DNA from: Anaerohalosphaeraceae bacterium | Lineage (GTDB): Bacteria > Planctomycetota > Phycisphaerae > Sedimentisphaerales > Anaerohalosphaeraceae | Direction: 5' to 3' | NCBI GenBank assembly: GCA_963675525.2 | Contig: CAXXSL010000011.1 | Coordinates: 352,001-416,000 of the forward strand | DNA length: 64,000 nucleotides | Shown: in pieces, positions 30,140 through 40,529 of the stretch | How positions within the stretch are numbered: position 1 is the stretch's first letter | Layout: every line of letters begins with the position of its first letter | Notes under the pieces: model-generated | What the model was told of the DNA's origin: nothing | Database searches by the model: none | What the model saw: the letters and a program-made list of their open reading frames with translations, nothing else | Made by a program: the position numbers and the translations under genes

Positions 30140-30699
30140 TGTGTCGTTTCCCTTTTGATCTTGTCAAGAATTTTCTTTTCGAGTGCCCGGTCCAAACCGT
30201 TGTCGAGCCATTCCATTTCTTCAAGTTGTTCATCGTCCAGGCCGAGGGTCTGTTTCGACATGCTGCTGACGGTATAGGTCCCCGCCATACGGATGATGCC
30301 TTCGATGGGCTTTTCGGGGATCGACAACTGCTGGACATAAACGCGACAAGCCAGACACGTGCGATTGGCGTCCGACGTTATTTCCATCTCAACAATCCGG
30401 CGAAGGCTTTGAACATTTGCTTCGGCAGCCGTGTGGACGGAAGCATTGTCCTGACGCCATATCTGGAAGAACTGCGCTCCGCTGAGCGGGCGAGTGCGAA
30501 TATAACGAGCTTCCGCGTCATATTTTTCGATGGTAAACTGCATTTGATCCAGCACTTTCTGTGCCGCTTCCATCGCATCGGAGACACCGACACCGGGAAG
30601 ACATAGCGGATCGGATGAAACAATCTGCTCAGGCTTGCCGCAACCCGTTACTGAAAACAGTATGACACCGACCACCATTAAAATAGAGAGTTTTTTCAT
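30136..30699 (-). CDS. hypothetical lipoprotein
   Basis: MKKLSIL...VTG-C lipobox; ATGA overlap with galE. Confidence 0.75.
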   Translation of the reverse strand: MKKLSILMVVGVILFSVTGCGKPEQIVSSDPLCLPGVGVSDAMEAAQKVLDQMQFTIEKYDAEARYIRTRPLSGAQFFQIWRQDNASVHTAAEANVQSLRRIVEMEITSDANRTCLACRVYVQQLSIPEKPIEGIIRMAGTYTVSSMSKQTLGLDDEQLEEMEWLDNGLDRALEKKILDKIKRETTQ

Positions 30700-30820
30700 A
30701 GTCATTCTTCCTGTATTTAAGAATATGGGTCGGATTATATCGTCAAACAGCCCTTCTCTCAAGCCTTAAGTCTGCCTTTTTTGTGCCCGCAAAAAGCTTT
30801 TTGAACAGATTCAGGGCCTT

Positions 30821-31786
30821 ATGCCGATAACAAAATACGGGATCATGATGCTGACGACACAGATACAATCTTTGCGAAATAAACTGCAGCCGCTGCCTTT
30901 GGGTAACGTTGTCGGGCAGTTTTTGGACTATTTGACGGTCGAGGCGGGGTTGTCGGACAATACCGTGCTCGCTTACGGGCGGGATTTGCTCCGGTTTGCC
31001 GAGCATTGCCGTCAGCAAAAAACCGACAAACTGGAAGCCATTCACCCGGTAACGGTTTACAGCTATCTGAAAAAATTATCCAAGGCCGGACAGGCCGAAA
31101 GCTCGATCGGACGGGGCCTGGTTGCGGTGAAAATGCTCCTTCGATTCGGGATATTGACGGGCCAGCTCAGCGAGGATATTAGCGATTGTCTTGAAAGCCC
31201 CAAGCAGTGGAAAAAACTCCCCGGCATCGCCAACAAAGACCAGGTGTTTCGCCTGATGGAGTCGCCTTGCCCGGATGATCCGTATTATCTGCGCGATAAG
31301 GCGATTTTGGAGTTGCTGTATGCCACCGGGGCACGGGCATCGGAAGTCGCGGGATTGGGCATCAAAGATGTAAATCTTACGGTGGGATATGTCCGCTGTT
31401 TCGGCAAGGGCCGGAAGGAGCGAATCGTGCCGCTGGGACGAATGGCCGCCGGAACACTGACGGCCTATCTGAAAGAACTTCGCCCGCAGTTACAAAAGAC
31501 GCAAAGCCCGGACACCTTATTCCTCACTCGCACCGGAGAAGGACTCGGCCGGATCGATCTGTGGCGGATTGTGAAAAAATACGCCCTGCGTGCCGGGATG
31601 CCGAAGGGATTGACGGTCCATACACTGCGGCATTGTTTTGCCACGCATTTACTCAGCGGCGGGGTCGATTTGCGAACCCTGCAGGAAATGCTGGGGCACG
31701 CGGATATTAAGACCACTCAGATCTATACGCATGTGGACAATGACCGTCTCCGTGCGATTCACAAAAAATATCATCCACGTGGATAG
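30821..31786 (+). CDS. xerD: site-specific tyrosine recombinase XerD (true start may be about 30845)
   Basis: GLSDNTVLAYGRDL, RDKAILELLYATGARASE, GKGRKERIVP, HTLRHCFATHLL.GG.DLR..QEMLGHADI.TTQIYTHV. Confidence 0.88.
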   Translation: MPITKYGIMMLTTQIQSLRNKLQPLPLGNVVGQFLDYLTVEAGLSDNTVLAYGRDLLRFAEHCRQQKTDKLEAIHPVTVYSYLKKLSKAGQAESSIGRGLVAVKMLLRFGILTGQLSEDISDCLESPKQWKKLPGIANKDQVFRLMESPCPDDPYYLRDKAILELLYATGARASEVAGLGIKDVNLTVGYVRCFGKGRKERIVPLGRMAAGTLTAYLKELRPQLQKTQSPDTLFLTRTGEGLGRIDLWRIVKKYALRAGMPKGLTVHTLRHCFATHLLSGGVDLRTLQEMLGHADIKTTQIYTHVDNDRLRAIHKKYHPRG

Positions 31787-31848
31787 AAAAGAGTCGACTT
31801 CGGCGGCTGAATAGATTCATCACTGCGTTCCGAATGAAAATTCATTGC

Positions 31849-33057
31849 TTAGTTATGCAATATTTGAATGTCTGTCGGTGAGTTGAGTTTGTATTTGATG
31901 CTGCGCCAGGTGATGGTACGTCCGACCGTCGAGATCAGGATGACAAACAGCAGGACCAGCGTAAAGAACCAGAAGAAGAAAATATCGGCGTAACGTACCG
32001 CTTTTAATTTTTCTTTATCATTGGGCAGGAGCTTAGCGATCAGTATTTGACGTAAAACCGCACGCAGAAACTGACAGATAAGAAAAACAACCGGCAGTAA
32101 AACACAAAGATTCGCATGGACATAACCGGTGTTTTTGGCCCAGACAGCCAGCACCGCCCCACCCCATAACCCAAATACACTGAACAGAGCGCTGAACAAT
32201 CCGAACAGCCACATCCCGGGGGTGTAGATTCGGGCAATCACGAATTGCCTGCGAGCAAATTCAATGAGTTTTGACCATGTGGTCATTTCATAAGAGGCGA
32301 TCATACACGCCGGAACAAAGGCCATCAGAAGGCCTTTTTGACGTACCGCCGAACTTAAAGACAGGTCATCGCTGAGAACTTTCTGCCATGTTTTGTCGAG
32401 GTTCAGCTCTCGGAATGTTTTGACCAAGATCGCCATTGAACCGCCCCATGCAAGATTGAATCGCGTGTTGCCAAGTAACTCACAGATTTTTGCGTTGACG
32501 GCCGCCAACACTATCGTTGCCATATTGTTTCGGTTGGGCACAAAGCAACGATAGCCGCTGGCGGCACCGGTTTTATCCCGGCGCAGCGGATAAACAAGAT
32601 GCGCCAGCCAACTGGGACCGGCACAGGCATCCGAATCGGCAAACACCAGTGCTTCGGCGCTGTTCGGAATTTGATGATAACCGTACAGAAGGTTATGCAG
32701 TTTTTGACTGCATGAGTCACTTTTACCGGCAACCAGAATCTTCACAGAAGCGGCCTGGCTGGTTTGGGCATGGCGGGCCTTCAGGTACAGCAGGCGTTCA
32801 TAGGCAGGGTCTGTGCGCTCCTGCACAACAAAGAAAAGGTGATAGTTCTCGTATTCCTGCCGGAAAAACGATTCGATGTTTTTATCGAATGTCTCATCAA
32901 GCCCCTTGCAGGGAACAATCAGCACACATCGGGGCCGGTACCATTTGCGCGATCGTTTATATTTGTTCATGGCATAGCGAAAATTGTTGATCACCTGCAC
33001 GGTAAACAACAATTGCACTGTAATCGCTACAATGATAATATATTCTGGAAAACCCAT
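31849..33057 (-). CDS. membrane GT2/GT21 glycosyltransferase (HpnI/ceramide glucosyltransferase-like)
   Basis: PCKGLD, QKLHNL, DSD, GGSMAI, LSDDL; N- and C-terminal TM helices. Confidence 0.8.
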   Translation of the reverse strand: MGFPEYIIIVAITVQLLFTVQVINNFRYAMNKYKRSRKWYRPRCVLIVPCKGLDETFDKNIESFFRQEYENYHLFFVVQERTDPAYERLLYLKARHAQTSQAASVKILVAGKSDSCSQKLHNLLYGYHQIPNSAEALVFADSDACAGPSWLAHLVYPLRRDKTGAASGYRCFVPNRNNMATIVLAAVNAKICELLGNTRFNLAWGGSMAILVKTFRELNLDKTWQKVLSDDLSLSSAVRQKGLLMAFVPACMIASYEMTTWSKLIEFARRQFVIARIYTPGMWLFGLFSALFSVFGLWGGAVLAVWAKNTGYVHANLCVLLPVVFLICQFLRAVLRQILIAKLLPNDKEKLKAVRYADIFFFWFFTLVLLFVILISTVGRTITWRSIKYKLNSPTDIQILHN

Positions 33058-33127
33058 ATTTATCCTGAAAAGCTTAACAAGGCGGTTTAAAGATTATTGT
33101 TTTCATTTTCGAGGTATATGTTAAACT

Positions 33128-34522
33128 ATGTGCACGAAATGGCAACCTTTATTTTGCAGCAGGCCACTTGTGGAAAATGCTTTTGAAATGACAATTCGGG
33201 ATGAAATTGCGGGCGGTAAAGCGACCATTTTACGCTGTGGGCCCATCCTTCGCCATATTGCCGGTCGCCGCACTGTCTATGAGGGGCAGTGTCACGGTCG
33301 AGCGGCCATCATCAAATGCTTTACTTCCACCTTCAACGGCAAACGCCACTTCACCAAAGAGGTAACCGGCTTTGAGGCACTGAAGTCGCGAGGGCTTGAA
33401 ACTGCCGATATTATAGCAATGGGAAAAAATGCCGACGGTCATCATGTGCTGGTGCTTGAGAAAATCCAACATGCATCAGATGTTTTCAGCCTTGTCGAAT
33501 CGGCAAACCATACAGGGCAAATTTTTGAAGCGGTTTTCCGGCATCTGGGAAAAATGCATGACGCGGGAGTAGTACAGCGGGATCTTCATCTGGGAAACTT
33601 TCTATGGGACGGCCAATCCGTTTATGCACTGGATCCGGCGGAAATGTCTTTTGCTAACAACTCGCTCGACAGAGTCGCAAGTTTTAAGCAGTTGGGATGC
33701 CTGTTTGCCAGCCTTCCCGAATCCTATTGGGGCACGATGCCTGCTTTACTGGAGGTATACTTTCAGGCACGGAAATGGAATCTGGATACTGCGGCGACCG
33801 AAGCGATCGAGTCACTCACCCAAAAAGAACGTTTGCGACGGGTTAATCGGGCACTGGGAAAAACCCTGCGAACGTCCAAACGCTATATCCGCAAAAAACG
33901 AGGCCGATATTCAGGTGTTTTTCTACGGAATGTGTTTGCCGAGCAGGACATCTTATCCTTCATGCCGGACATCGACGAGCAAATGGAAGCCGGAACTATA
34001 TTAAAACGCGGCAATACCTGCTTTGTCAGTAAGATCAATGTCGGCGGTCGGGATATTGCCGTGAAGCGTTATAACCATAAAGGACTTTGGCATTCGCTGC
34101 GGCACACGCTTAAAGGCAGCCGCGCCAAAAAATGCTGGCTGTTCGGGCATCGGCTCGGTGAACTAGGCATCGCGACGGCTAAGCCGATGGGCTTTCTGGA
34201 AGAGCGAAAATGCGGGCTGATATGGCAGTCTTACATTCTCAATGAATTTGTCGAAGGACCGAACATCCGGGACTACTTCGATCGGGCTGAGACTCCCCAA
34301 AACGTAAAAGAGGAACTATCGCGAAACACACAAACGATGCTTGATAATCTTGTTCACTTCAAAATGACTCACGGCGACTTGAAACCAAGCAATATTCTGA
34401 TTCATCAGGACAACCCGGTTTTAATCGATCTGGATTCGATGAAACGGCATTGCAGTCGGTACCTGCTGGCAGTGTATCAACAAAAAATGAATGCCAACGT
34501 CAATGAACGAAATATTTTATAG
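33128..34522 (+). CDS. LPS kinase (Kdo/WaaP/InaA family) with two tandem kinase domains
   Basis: QRDLHLGNFL...LD and HGDLKPSNIL...IDLD; VKRY. Confidence 0.75.
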   Translation: MCTKWQPLFCSRPLVENAFEMTIRDEIAGGKATILRCGPILRHIAGRRTVYEGQCHGRAAIIKCFTSTFNGKRHFTKEVTGFEALKSRGLETADIIAMGKNADGHHVLVLEKIQHASDVFSLVESANHTGQIFEAVFRHLGKMHDAGVVQRDLHLGNFLWDGQSVYALDPAEMSFANNSLDRVASFKQLGCLFASLPESYWGTMPALLEVYFQARKWNLDTAATEAIESLTQKERLRRVNRALGKTLRTSKRYIRKKRGRYSGVFLRNVFAEQDILSFMPDIDEQMEAGTILKRGNTCFVSKINVGGRDIAVKRYNHKGLWHSLRHTLKGSRAKKCWLFGHRLGELGIATAKPMGFLEERKCGLIWQSYILNEFVEGPNIRDYFDRAETPQNVKEELSRNTQTMLDNLVHFKMTHGDLKPSNILIHQDNPVLIDLDSMKRHCSRYLLAVYQQKMNANVNERNIL

Positions 34523-34801
34523 AAAGAGTAGTTTTTGAAAAAAACCAGAAAGCTTTTTTTACATCTCACGGTCTTCGCTGTTTCGGCAATTTTTTCAACT
34601 ACAGCCAAGACGATACGATCAATCAGAATAACAAACGAAATGCGACCGTTTTGAAATTATTGGAGGGTGAAAAAACGCAACCATCTTGCTGGATAACGGC
34701 ATTGAAACGTACCACCCGGCCTGTTACGGCGTTCGGTTGGTTTGCGGAATTGAGCGGCAATCATTTTTTGTGATGAAAGAAATCGACAAATGCGGAAAAA
34801 G

Positions 34802-36394
34802 CTAATCCATATAACCAAGATCTGCCAACCGTCTGATAACTTCGTCTTCCTCGCTGTCCGTCAGGTCGGCTTTTTGGCGGGTCTTCTCGGATGCTTCCTC
34901 AACAGTTCGACAGATCACATTTGGTTTTTGGGTAAAGATGTCTTCGATATATTGCCCGTCCAAATGGCCCGGTATCGGAACCTCCAATAACGCATAGACC
35001 GTCGGTGTAATATTGACAATGTGAGATTGGATGCAATAATTTTGTTTAATTGCGGCCCCGTTTACAAGGAAAACACCGTCGGGACTGTGGCATCCGGATA
35101 TATCGTCGCTGCCGGTTGCCTCGACCGGCGGTTTTCTTATCGAGGTCGTCTGGTGCAGAATATAGCCCTGCCTGGGAATCAGTAATAAGTCTCCTGTGAT
35201 TTCGGGATCCAGATCATCTTTTCCAAAAAATTCTTCAGGCGTAGCAACCGTATCAAAAATAGGTTTCTGAGACTTCGGATCAAGCACGGATTGAAACCGC
35301 GATTTAAGGTCATTTAACATCTCTCCGTAGCCCGAATTCGCATTCACCCGGTCGTTTGGGATGCGGTCTTTCACATTTAAATAAATAAATCCATACATTG
35401 CCGGATAAACCATCATTGCCTTTGAATGCCGCCAGTTGACAGGTGTTTTAAATTCGATACCCGCATTGTCCAGTCTCTTGTGAAAAAACGAATCCAGATT
35501 TCGTCTGACACGGCGAAACGCTCTCTGCAAAGGCGACTGGATCTTTAAATAACCCCACTGGTGAAGCAGAACATTCGGTCTGACGGTTCCCTTCATACCG
35601 CAAAAACCGTGATCACTGACTAACAGGACATGCGCATCGGTCTTGTCGGCCAGTTCCATAAGCCGCCCGATAACCGCATCCAGTTTACGAAACATTTTAT
35701 ATATCCGGTCCCGCTGAAAGGGATATTGATCCCGGCTCTGGCTGTCAATAAATGCCCAGATACGATGCTGGAGCATATCAACATTCTGAATCTCCACCAT
35801 CAGGACATCCGGCTTGATTTTGTCGTTCACGAAAGCAGCCGCTTCCACACGCTGTTCAAAACACCTTTCAACACGGGCGATATTGGCATCAAAGACTTCC
35901 GGCTGGTCATCATTCTCGTTTTGCCAGTCGGCCAAAACCCTGTAGTCCGGGATCGCCTGAAGAAGTTCGTCGCGAAAATCAACTGGATACGTAAACTGTG
36001 AATCAACACCCGGTATCCCATATCCAGCCACTATGATGCCGTTGACTTTTCTACAGGGGTATGTCCAGGGAACATTGATCGCGGCCACTTTGAAACCCTG
36101 CCCACTCAATGTCTCAAACAGATTCGGAACACGGCAACTGGCTGCGGTACTGACATGTAGTGCATTTGTTTTGAAACAAAAGTCTCTGAATCCGACAACA
36201 CCATGCGTATAAGGATGGCAGCCGGTAATACAGGTTGTCCAGGCAGCCGGGGTAATGGGCGGAACCGTTGATTTCAGGATACCGGAACTGCCCTGTGTTT
36301 TCAGTCGGCGCAGATTAGGCATGAACTGATCGAGTACAAAATCGTTAAAGACAGTCCAGGTCGCTCCATCCAGCCCAATGATCAATACTTTCAA
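34802..36394 (-). CDS. alkaline-phosphatase superfamily phosphodiesterase/nucleotide pyrophosphatase
   Basis: IIGLDGATW, STVPPITPAAWT, D.LQH, VSDHGF, GCHSPDG; C-terminal RRLADLGY. Confidence 0.8.
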   Translation of the reverse strand: MKVLIIGLDGATWTVFNDFVLDQFMPNLRRLKTQGSSGILKSTVPPITPAAWTTCITGCHPYTHGVVGFRDFCFKTNALHVSTAASCRVPNLFETLSGQGFKVAAINVPWTYPCRKVNGIIVAGYGIPGVDSQFTYPVDFRDELLQAIPDYRVLADWQNENDDQPEVFDANIARVERCFEQRVEAAAFVNDKIKPDVLMVEIQNVDMLQHRIWAFIDSQSRDQYPFQRDRIYKMFRKLDAVIGRLMELADKTDAHVLLVSDHGFCGMKGTVRPNVLLHQWGYLKIQSPLQRAFRRVRRNLDSFFHKRLDNAGIEFKTPVNWRHSKAMMVYPAMYGFIYLNVKDRIPNDRVNANSGYGEMLNDLKSRFQSVLDPKSQKPIFDTVATPEEFFGKDDLDPEITGDLLLIPRQGYILHQTTSIRKPPVEATGSDDISGCHSPDGVFLVNGAAIKQNYCIQSHIVNITPTVYALLEVPIPGHLDGQYIEDIFTQKPNVICRTVEEASEKTRQKADLTDSEEDEVIRRLADLGYMD

Positions 36395-36421
36395 GACTTC
36401 TCCTTGGTATTTTGAATCGTT

Positions 36422-37375
36422 TTATTTGTTCTCGCCAACATTGACCGGTTTGACATCATCTGCGGCCTCAAGAATCAACGCTGCAAGGTCCTGCGAAAAT
36501 TGCAGTGCGCCAGTGTCCTGAAGATGCGAACCATCGATACATTCATACTTACACAGGTCAACATCAATCCAAGTGCCGCCGGCTCGCTTGAAGTCCGCCA
36601 CAAATGCGTCCTGATTAAAACCGCTCACCTGCTGCTCAACATCCACCATCTGCGGGCAGGTGGGCAAAATAAATCCGTACACATCAATGCCTTGCGATCT
36701 CCATTTCGTGACATATTCCATGATCGTATTGATGACTTCGTCGGAAACCTGCCGGTCTTCAAATATCTTGCGGTAACGTTTTACTTCATCCAGCGATAAC
36801 GGCTGTTTGTGAACCGCCACCCATCCGTCCGGCCTGTAATTCTTCAGTGTATGCGTTGGCGCAAGGCTGGGAAGCAAGCCTTGCATCGCATCGCGAAATG
36901 ACATCGGCTCAAAGAAATTGACCATTGCGCCAAAATGAATATCCAAAAAAGAATCCTGTTTGGACTGACGACTAAGCTCAATGAAATGCCCTTGTACCGT
37001 TTCTCGGTGGGTCAGCGAATGCGGAGAAATGCCCATAAAGACAGCGCGCTTGTCCGCACCCTCCCAAAACAACGCCTCAGTGGCTTCCAGGTACTGACGG
37101 GAATACCAGTTGGCACCAAAACCGTAGTTGCGTATCTGACGATAAAGAAGGTTTTTCTGCAATTCCTCCGGTGAAACCCCCATCAGCGCTCTCGAATCAC
37201 CCGTAATGACTCCATCGGCGCAGTTTTTCCAATGAATTTTGGTCGCCCAATATTCTTTAGGATAGAGTCCCGGAACTTTGTCCGGGCGCAAAGACCCCAT
37301 AACCACCATCAAAACGATTGCCAACAACACAGTGGCGACAGTTCTGTCCGAAAAAATTTGTTTAAGCTTTTTCAT
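36422..37375 (-). CDS. membrane-anchored SGNH/DltD/AlgJ-like protein, partner of the MBOAT
   Basis: N-terminal TM, GDSR, DGSHL...GA; directly follows the MBOAT gene. Confidence 0.6.
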   Translation of the reverse strand: MKKLKQIFSDRTVATVLLAIVLMVVMGSLRPDKVPGLYPKEYWATKIHWKNCADGVITGDSRALMGVSPEELQKNLLYRQIRNYGFGANWYSRQYLEATEALFWEGADKRAVFMGISPHSLTHRETVQGHFIELSRQSKQDSFLDIHFGAMVNFFEPMSFRDAMQGLLPSLAPTHTLKNYRPDGWVAVHKQPLSLDEVKRYRKIFEDRQVSDEVINTIMEYVTKWRSQGIDVYGFILPTCPQMVDVEQQVSGFNQDAFVADFKRAGGTWIDVDLCKYECIDGSHLQDTGALQFSQDLAALILEAADDVKPVNVGENK

Positions 37376-37408
37376 ATCTTACTCTTACCTCAACGCGTGC
37401 GGCAATCC

Positions 37409-38830
37409 TTAAAACTGAAAATAAATAAACGTGTTACTGGGTGCCCGCATAAACACGCACATCAAAATAATGACAGCAATACAGACCGAATCGAAGGCGA
37501 TTTTGAAGCGGTTGCGGGAAACAGACCAATCCGCCTTGTCGGAACCAAAATAAAAGAATAACTGAGAACCGATTATCAGGATCAGTACGTTGATCGCATT
37601 ATTATCCACCAGGTCATGAACCACGCCGGCATTGAAGGCACTGAAGTTAAACATCGTCGCCAGAACAGCAAAGGCCTGATGCATTGATTGTGCGCGGAAA
37701 AAAACCCACGCAACCGTGGTCAGCAGGAACACCGTCAAAGTTGCCACATGACGTCCGCCCGGAAGTTTAAGAACATGTTTCGGCCAATTGGTAATTCTTT
37801 CAAAGGACAGGAAAAAGCTGTGCATCGCCGCCCATCCGATAAAGGGCCAGGCCGCTCCGTGCCACAGCCCGGAAATGAGCATCGTCGTCCACATATTAAC
37901 ATGTGACCTGAGCTTTCCTTTTTTGGAACCGCCCAAGCTGAAATAAATGTAATCACGGAACCAGGTGGACAGTGAGATGTGCCATCGCTCCCAGAAATCC
38001 CTGAAACTGGAGGCAATGTAAGGATTTCGAAAGTTGACCGGAAATTCATAGCCCATCCACTTGCCGAGACCCCGCGCGATATCCGTATAGCCGCTGAAAT
38101 CACAGTATATCTGAAAAGCAAACATGATCATCACCATCCACCAGTACGCAGCAGAGTGAATCATTGCAGGGGCTCCGAAGGCCATATTGACCACTGCGGC
38201 CAACGTATCGGCAACAACCACCTTCTTGAAAAAACCAAATGCGATAAGATTAAGGCCCTCCCATCGTTTCTGCGGACCAACCGGTTCTGCAGATTCCAAC
38301 TGAGGCAGTAAATCCCGTGCGCGAACGATGGGGCCGGCCACCAGTTGTGGGAACAACGATAAATACGCAAAGAAATGAAACACATTATGAGTAGGCTTGA
38401 GTTCATCGCGGTAGATATCAATCGTGTAACTCATGGATTGGAACGTATAAAAACTGATACCCACGGGCAGAATCAGGTGTGCCATAGGAATCTGGATATC
38501 CGCTCCAACTAACTGGAATATCCAGTTTAGATTCGCCAGGCCGAAATCAAGATACTTAAACAGACCCAGCGAACCGATATTGCCGATGATCGACAGGATC
38601 AGCCAGAGGCGTTTTTTCGCGGGAAATTTGGCCATTGCCAGACCGGCAAAATAGTCGATAAAACCACTGCCCATAATCAGGAACAGAAACCGCCAGTCCC
38701 ACCAACCGTAAAATACAAACGAGGCAAACACCAGATATATCCAGCGGGTGTTATTTCGCCTGCGCATCAGGGGCCAAATCGAAAAGAAGATGATGGCAAA
38801 CAGTATGAAAACTAACGAATTAAACTGCAT
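37409..38830 (-). CDS. MBOAT-family O-acyltransferase (AlgI/DltB-like)
   Basis: LPVGISFYTFQ.MSY, FPQLVAGPI, QIYCDFSGYTDIA, FWERWHISLS.WFRDY, SGLWHGA, FIYFQF. Confidence 0.92.
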   Translation of the reverse strand: MQFNSLVFILFAIIFFSIWPLMRRRNNTRWIYLVFASFVFYGWWDWRFLFLIMGSGFIDYFAGLAMAKFPAKKRLWLILSIIGNIGSLGLFKYLDFGLANLNWIFQLVGADIQIPMAHLILPVGISFYTFQSMSYTIDIYRDELKPTHNVFHFFAYLSLFPQLVAGPIVRARDLLPQLESAEPVGPQKRWEGLNLIAFGFFKKVVVADTLAAVVNMAFGAPAMIHSAAYWWMVMIMFAFQIYCDFSGYTDIARGLGKWMGYEFPVNFRNPYIASSFRDFWERWHISLSTWFRDYIYFSLGGSKKGKLRSHVNMWTTMLISGLWHGAAWPFIGWAAMHSFFLSFERITNWPKHVLKLPGGRHVATLTVFLLTTVAWVFFRAQSMHQAFAVLATMFNFSAFNAGVVHDLVDNNAINVLILIIGSQLFFYFGSDKADWSVSRNRFKIAFDSVCIAVIILMCVFMRAPSNTFIYFQF

Positions 38831-38845
38831 ATTGAATCATCCCTG

Positions 38846-39763
38846 TTAAACAATATCAGAACATGAGTGGTTGGCGGAGGGCTTATCCTTGAGCCATTTT
38901 CGATATCGCCTACCCAACTTTCGCCGGATGATATTTTTATCGCCGTAAAGTTTTCTGGCCCATCGCGGCAGTAACTGCATTTTTTCTTCATTAAAAGATA
39001 TCTGCTGCCAGGGTGATTTCCCATACCCTCGGATAAAAACCGTCCCGTCAATACCACAAAAAAGATGGGTCACCATCGGTTGGTTGGTCAACATCCGGTC
39101 CACTGAATTATCCGCAATGCCAAAAAGATGGAAATATTGCCTGTCCACAAAAATACCATTGCACTGCGTACAGGCGACAAGTTCATAACCCTTGGACGCA
39201 GCCAAATTAGAAATGGAAAGGATGCTGGAACCCTGTCCGATGCTCATGTCTCTGGGCTGGACAAATTCCACGACCTTGGGAATCGTCGGATTATATTCGA
39301 TGATCACCACTTTGGGTTTATACTCTTTGACCGAATCCCAAACGTGATAGTCATTGCCATCAATATCAATCGATAAAAGATCAAAGTCTTTCGGAATTGG
39401 GGTATCCTTGAGAATCACATCCAGATTATTATCCGTTTGAAATCCAACCATCTTATTCATACAAATAACATTTTTGTTCTCACAAAAATTTTTAACCAGA
39501 TCCTTAAATCGTTTAGGCGAAGCCTCGATCAGAATCGCCGAGTAGCCCTTTTGCGTAATGAAAGTGTAGGTGTTGCTGCAGACCTTGCCGTCCCAACTGC
39601 CGAATTCGACGCACCACTTATCCTGGCGACCAATCGTCTCCAATACTTTAGCCAGAATACCATCCTCACCAAACTGTGAGGTTTCATTGCAGGCATAATC
39701 CAGCAACCATGTACTGGGGTTGCTGTTTTTATTTTCAGTTTCACTACAAGCCCGTTCGTTCAT
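38846..39763 (-). CDS. FkbM-like SAM methyltransferase
   Basis: SQFGEDG, VEFGSWDG, DLLSIDIDGNDY, IIEYN. Confidence 0.7.
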   Translation of the reverse strand: MNERACSETENKNSNPSTWLLDYACNETSQFGEDGILAKVLETIGRQDKWCVEFGSWDGKVCSNTYTFITQKGYSAILIEASPKRFKDLVKNFCENKNVICMNKMVGFQTDNNLDVILKDTPIPKDFDLLSIDIDGNDYHVWDSVKEYKPKVVIIEYNPTIPKVVEFVQPRDMSIGQGSSILSISNLAASKGYELVACTQCNGIFVDRQYFHLFGIADNSVDRMLTNQPMVTHLFCGIDGTVFIRGYGKSPWQQISFNEEKMQLLPRWARKLYGDKNIIRRKLGRRYRKWLKDKPSANHSCSDIV

Positions 39764-39772
39764 TGACCCATC

Positions 39773-40432
39773 CTATTGAAGATGTATTCGAATAATATCG
39801 TTTTCTACCTCAAATCCCCATTGTGGCTTTTGAGAAATGATATGATTTTTCAGTTCAGAAATTTCCGGATACCCCTCTGCGCCCACGAAACACCGGGAGT
39901 CATCAACCAAAATAATATGACTGTCCGCCTTCGGGTGGTTTAGAATGCAGTCCATTTCCTGCATAATGGGGCTGTCTTGCGGCCCCCTGGCTGTTTTTCC
40001 GCCAGAGTAGTGTGCATCCAGCCAAAACAGACACGGTTGGTCAATTTGTTTTAAGATCTCCGGGAGGACATCGCCGCTCTGACCATGTATAATTTGTATG
40101 TCCGGATAACCCACAAATCGGGCAGCCGCTTTTTCATAATACCCCCGATCCAGTTCAATTGAATAAATACGTTTGATATACGGCATGACGGCATAAACCA
40201 TTTTACCTTTGTATGTGCCGGTTTCGATAAAGATTTCGGGCTTGTACTGTTGGATGTAATCGATCACTGTCTGTTGTTTGCCGTAATTGGGCATCGCCCC
40301 GGACATGCCCTGTGACTGCCAGGCAATAAATTTTTTTCGTAACTGCCGACGGCGATGCAACCGCGCAATCGTTCCGATCGGCGTAGTGCGTTCTATTAAA
40401 TATTTCAACGGTTCTCTGGGCATTATAATCAA
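39773..40432 (-). CDS. putative SAM methyltransferase
   Basis: FIETGTYKG, SIEL, G.SG, FWLDAHYSGG, IL.DD. Confidence 0.65.
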   Translation of the reverse strand: MIIMPREPLKYLIERTTPIGTIARLHRRRQLRKKFIAWQSQGMSGAMPNYGKQQTVIDYIQQYKPEIFIETGTYKGKMVYAVMPYIKRIYSIELDRGYYEKAAARFVGYPDIQIIHGQSGDVLPEILKQIDQPCLFWLDAHYSGGKTARGPQDSPIMQEMDCILNHPKADSHIILVDDSRCFVGAEGYPEISELKNHIISQKPQWGFEVENDIIRIHLQ

Positions 40433-40529
40433 GCGGCCTTAAAAAGGACACGCATTCTCCAAAAAGAATAATGACAACTAGCTCTTGGGATTTTACCGAA
40501 ATATCTACCATAATCAACACAAAAATGGA

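Noticed and set aside
30821..31786. XerD as the island's integrase
   Set aside because: It has canonical chromosomal XerD motifs (LGH, TTQIYTHV), unlike the remnants (GGW, HEYYTKV).
34523..34801. ~280-bp gap between convergent genes as an ncRNA or gene fragment
   Set aside because: No convincing structure, repeat or ORF was seen.
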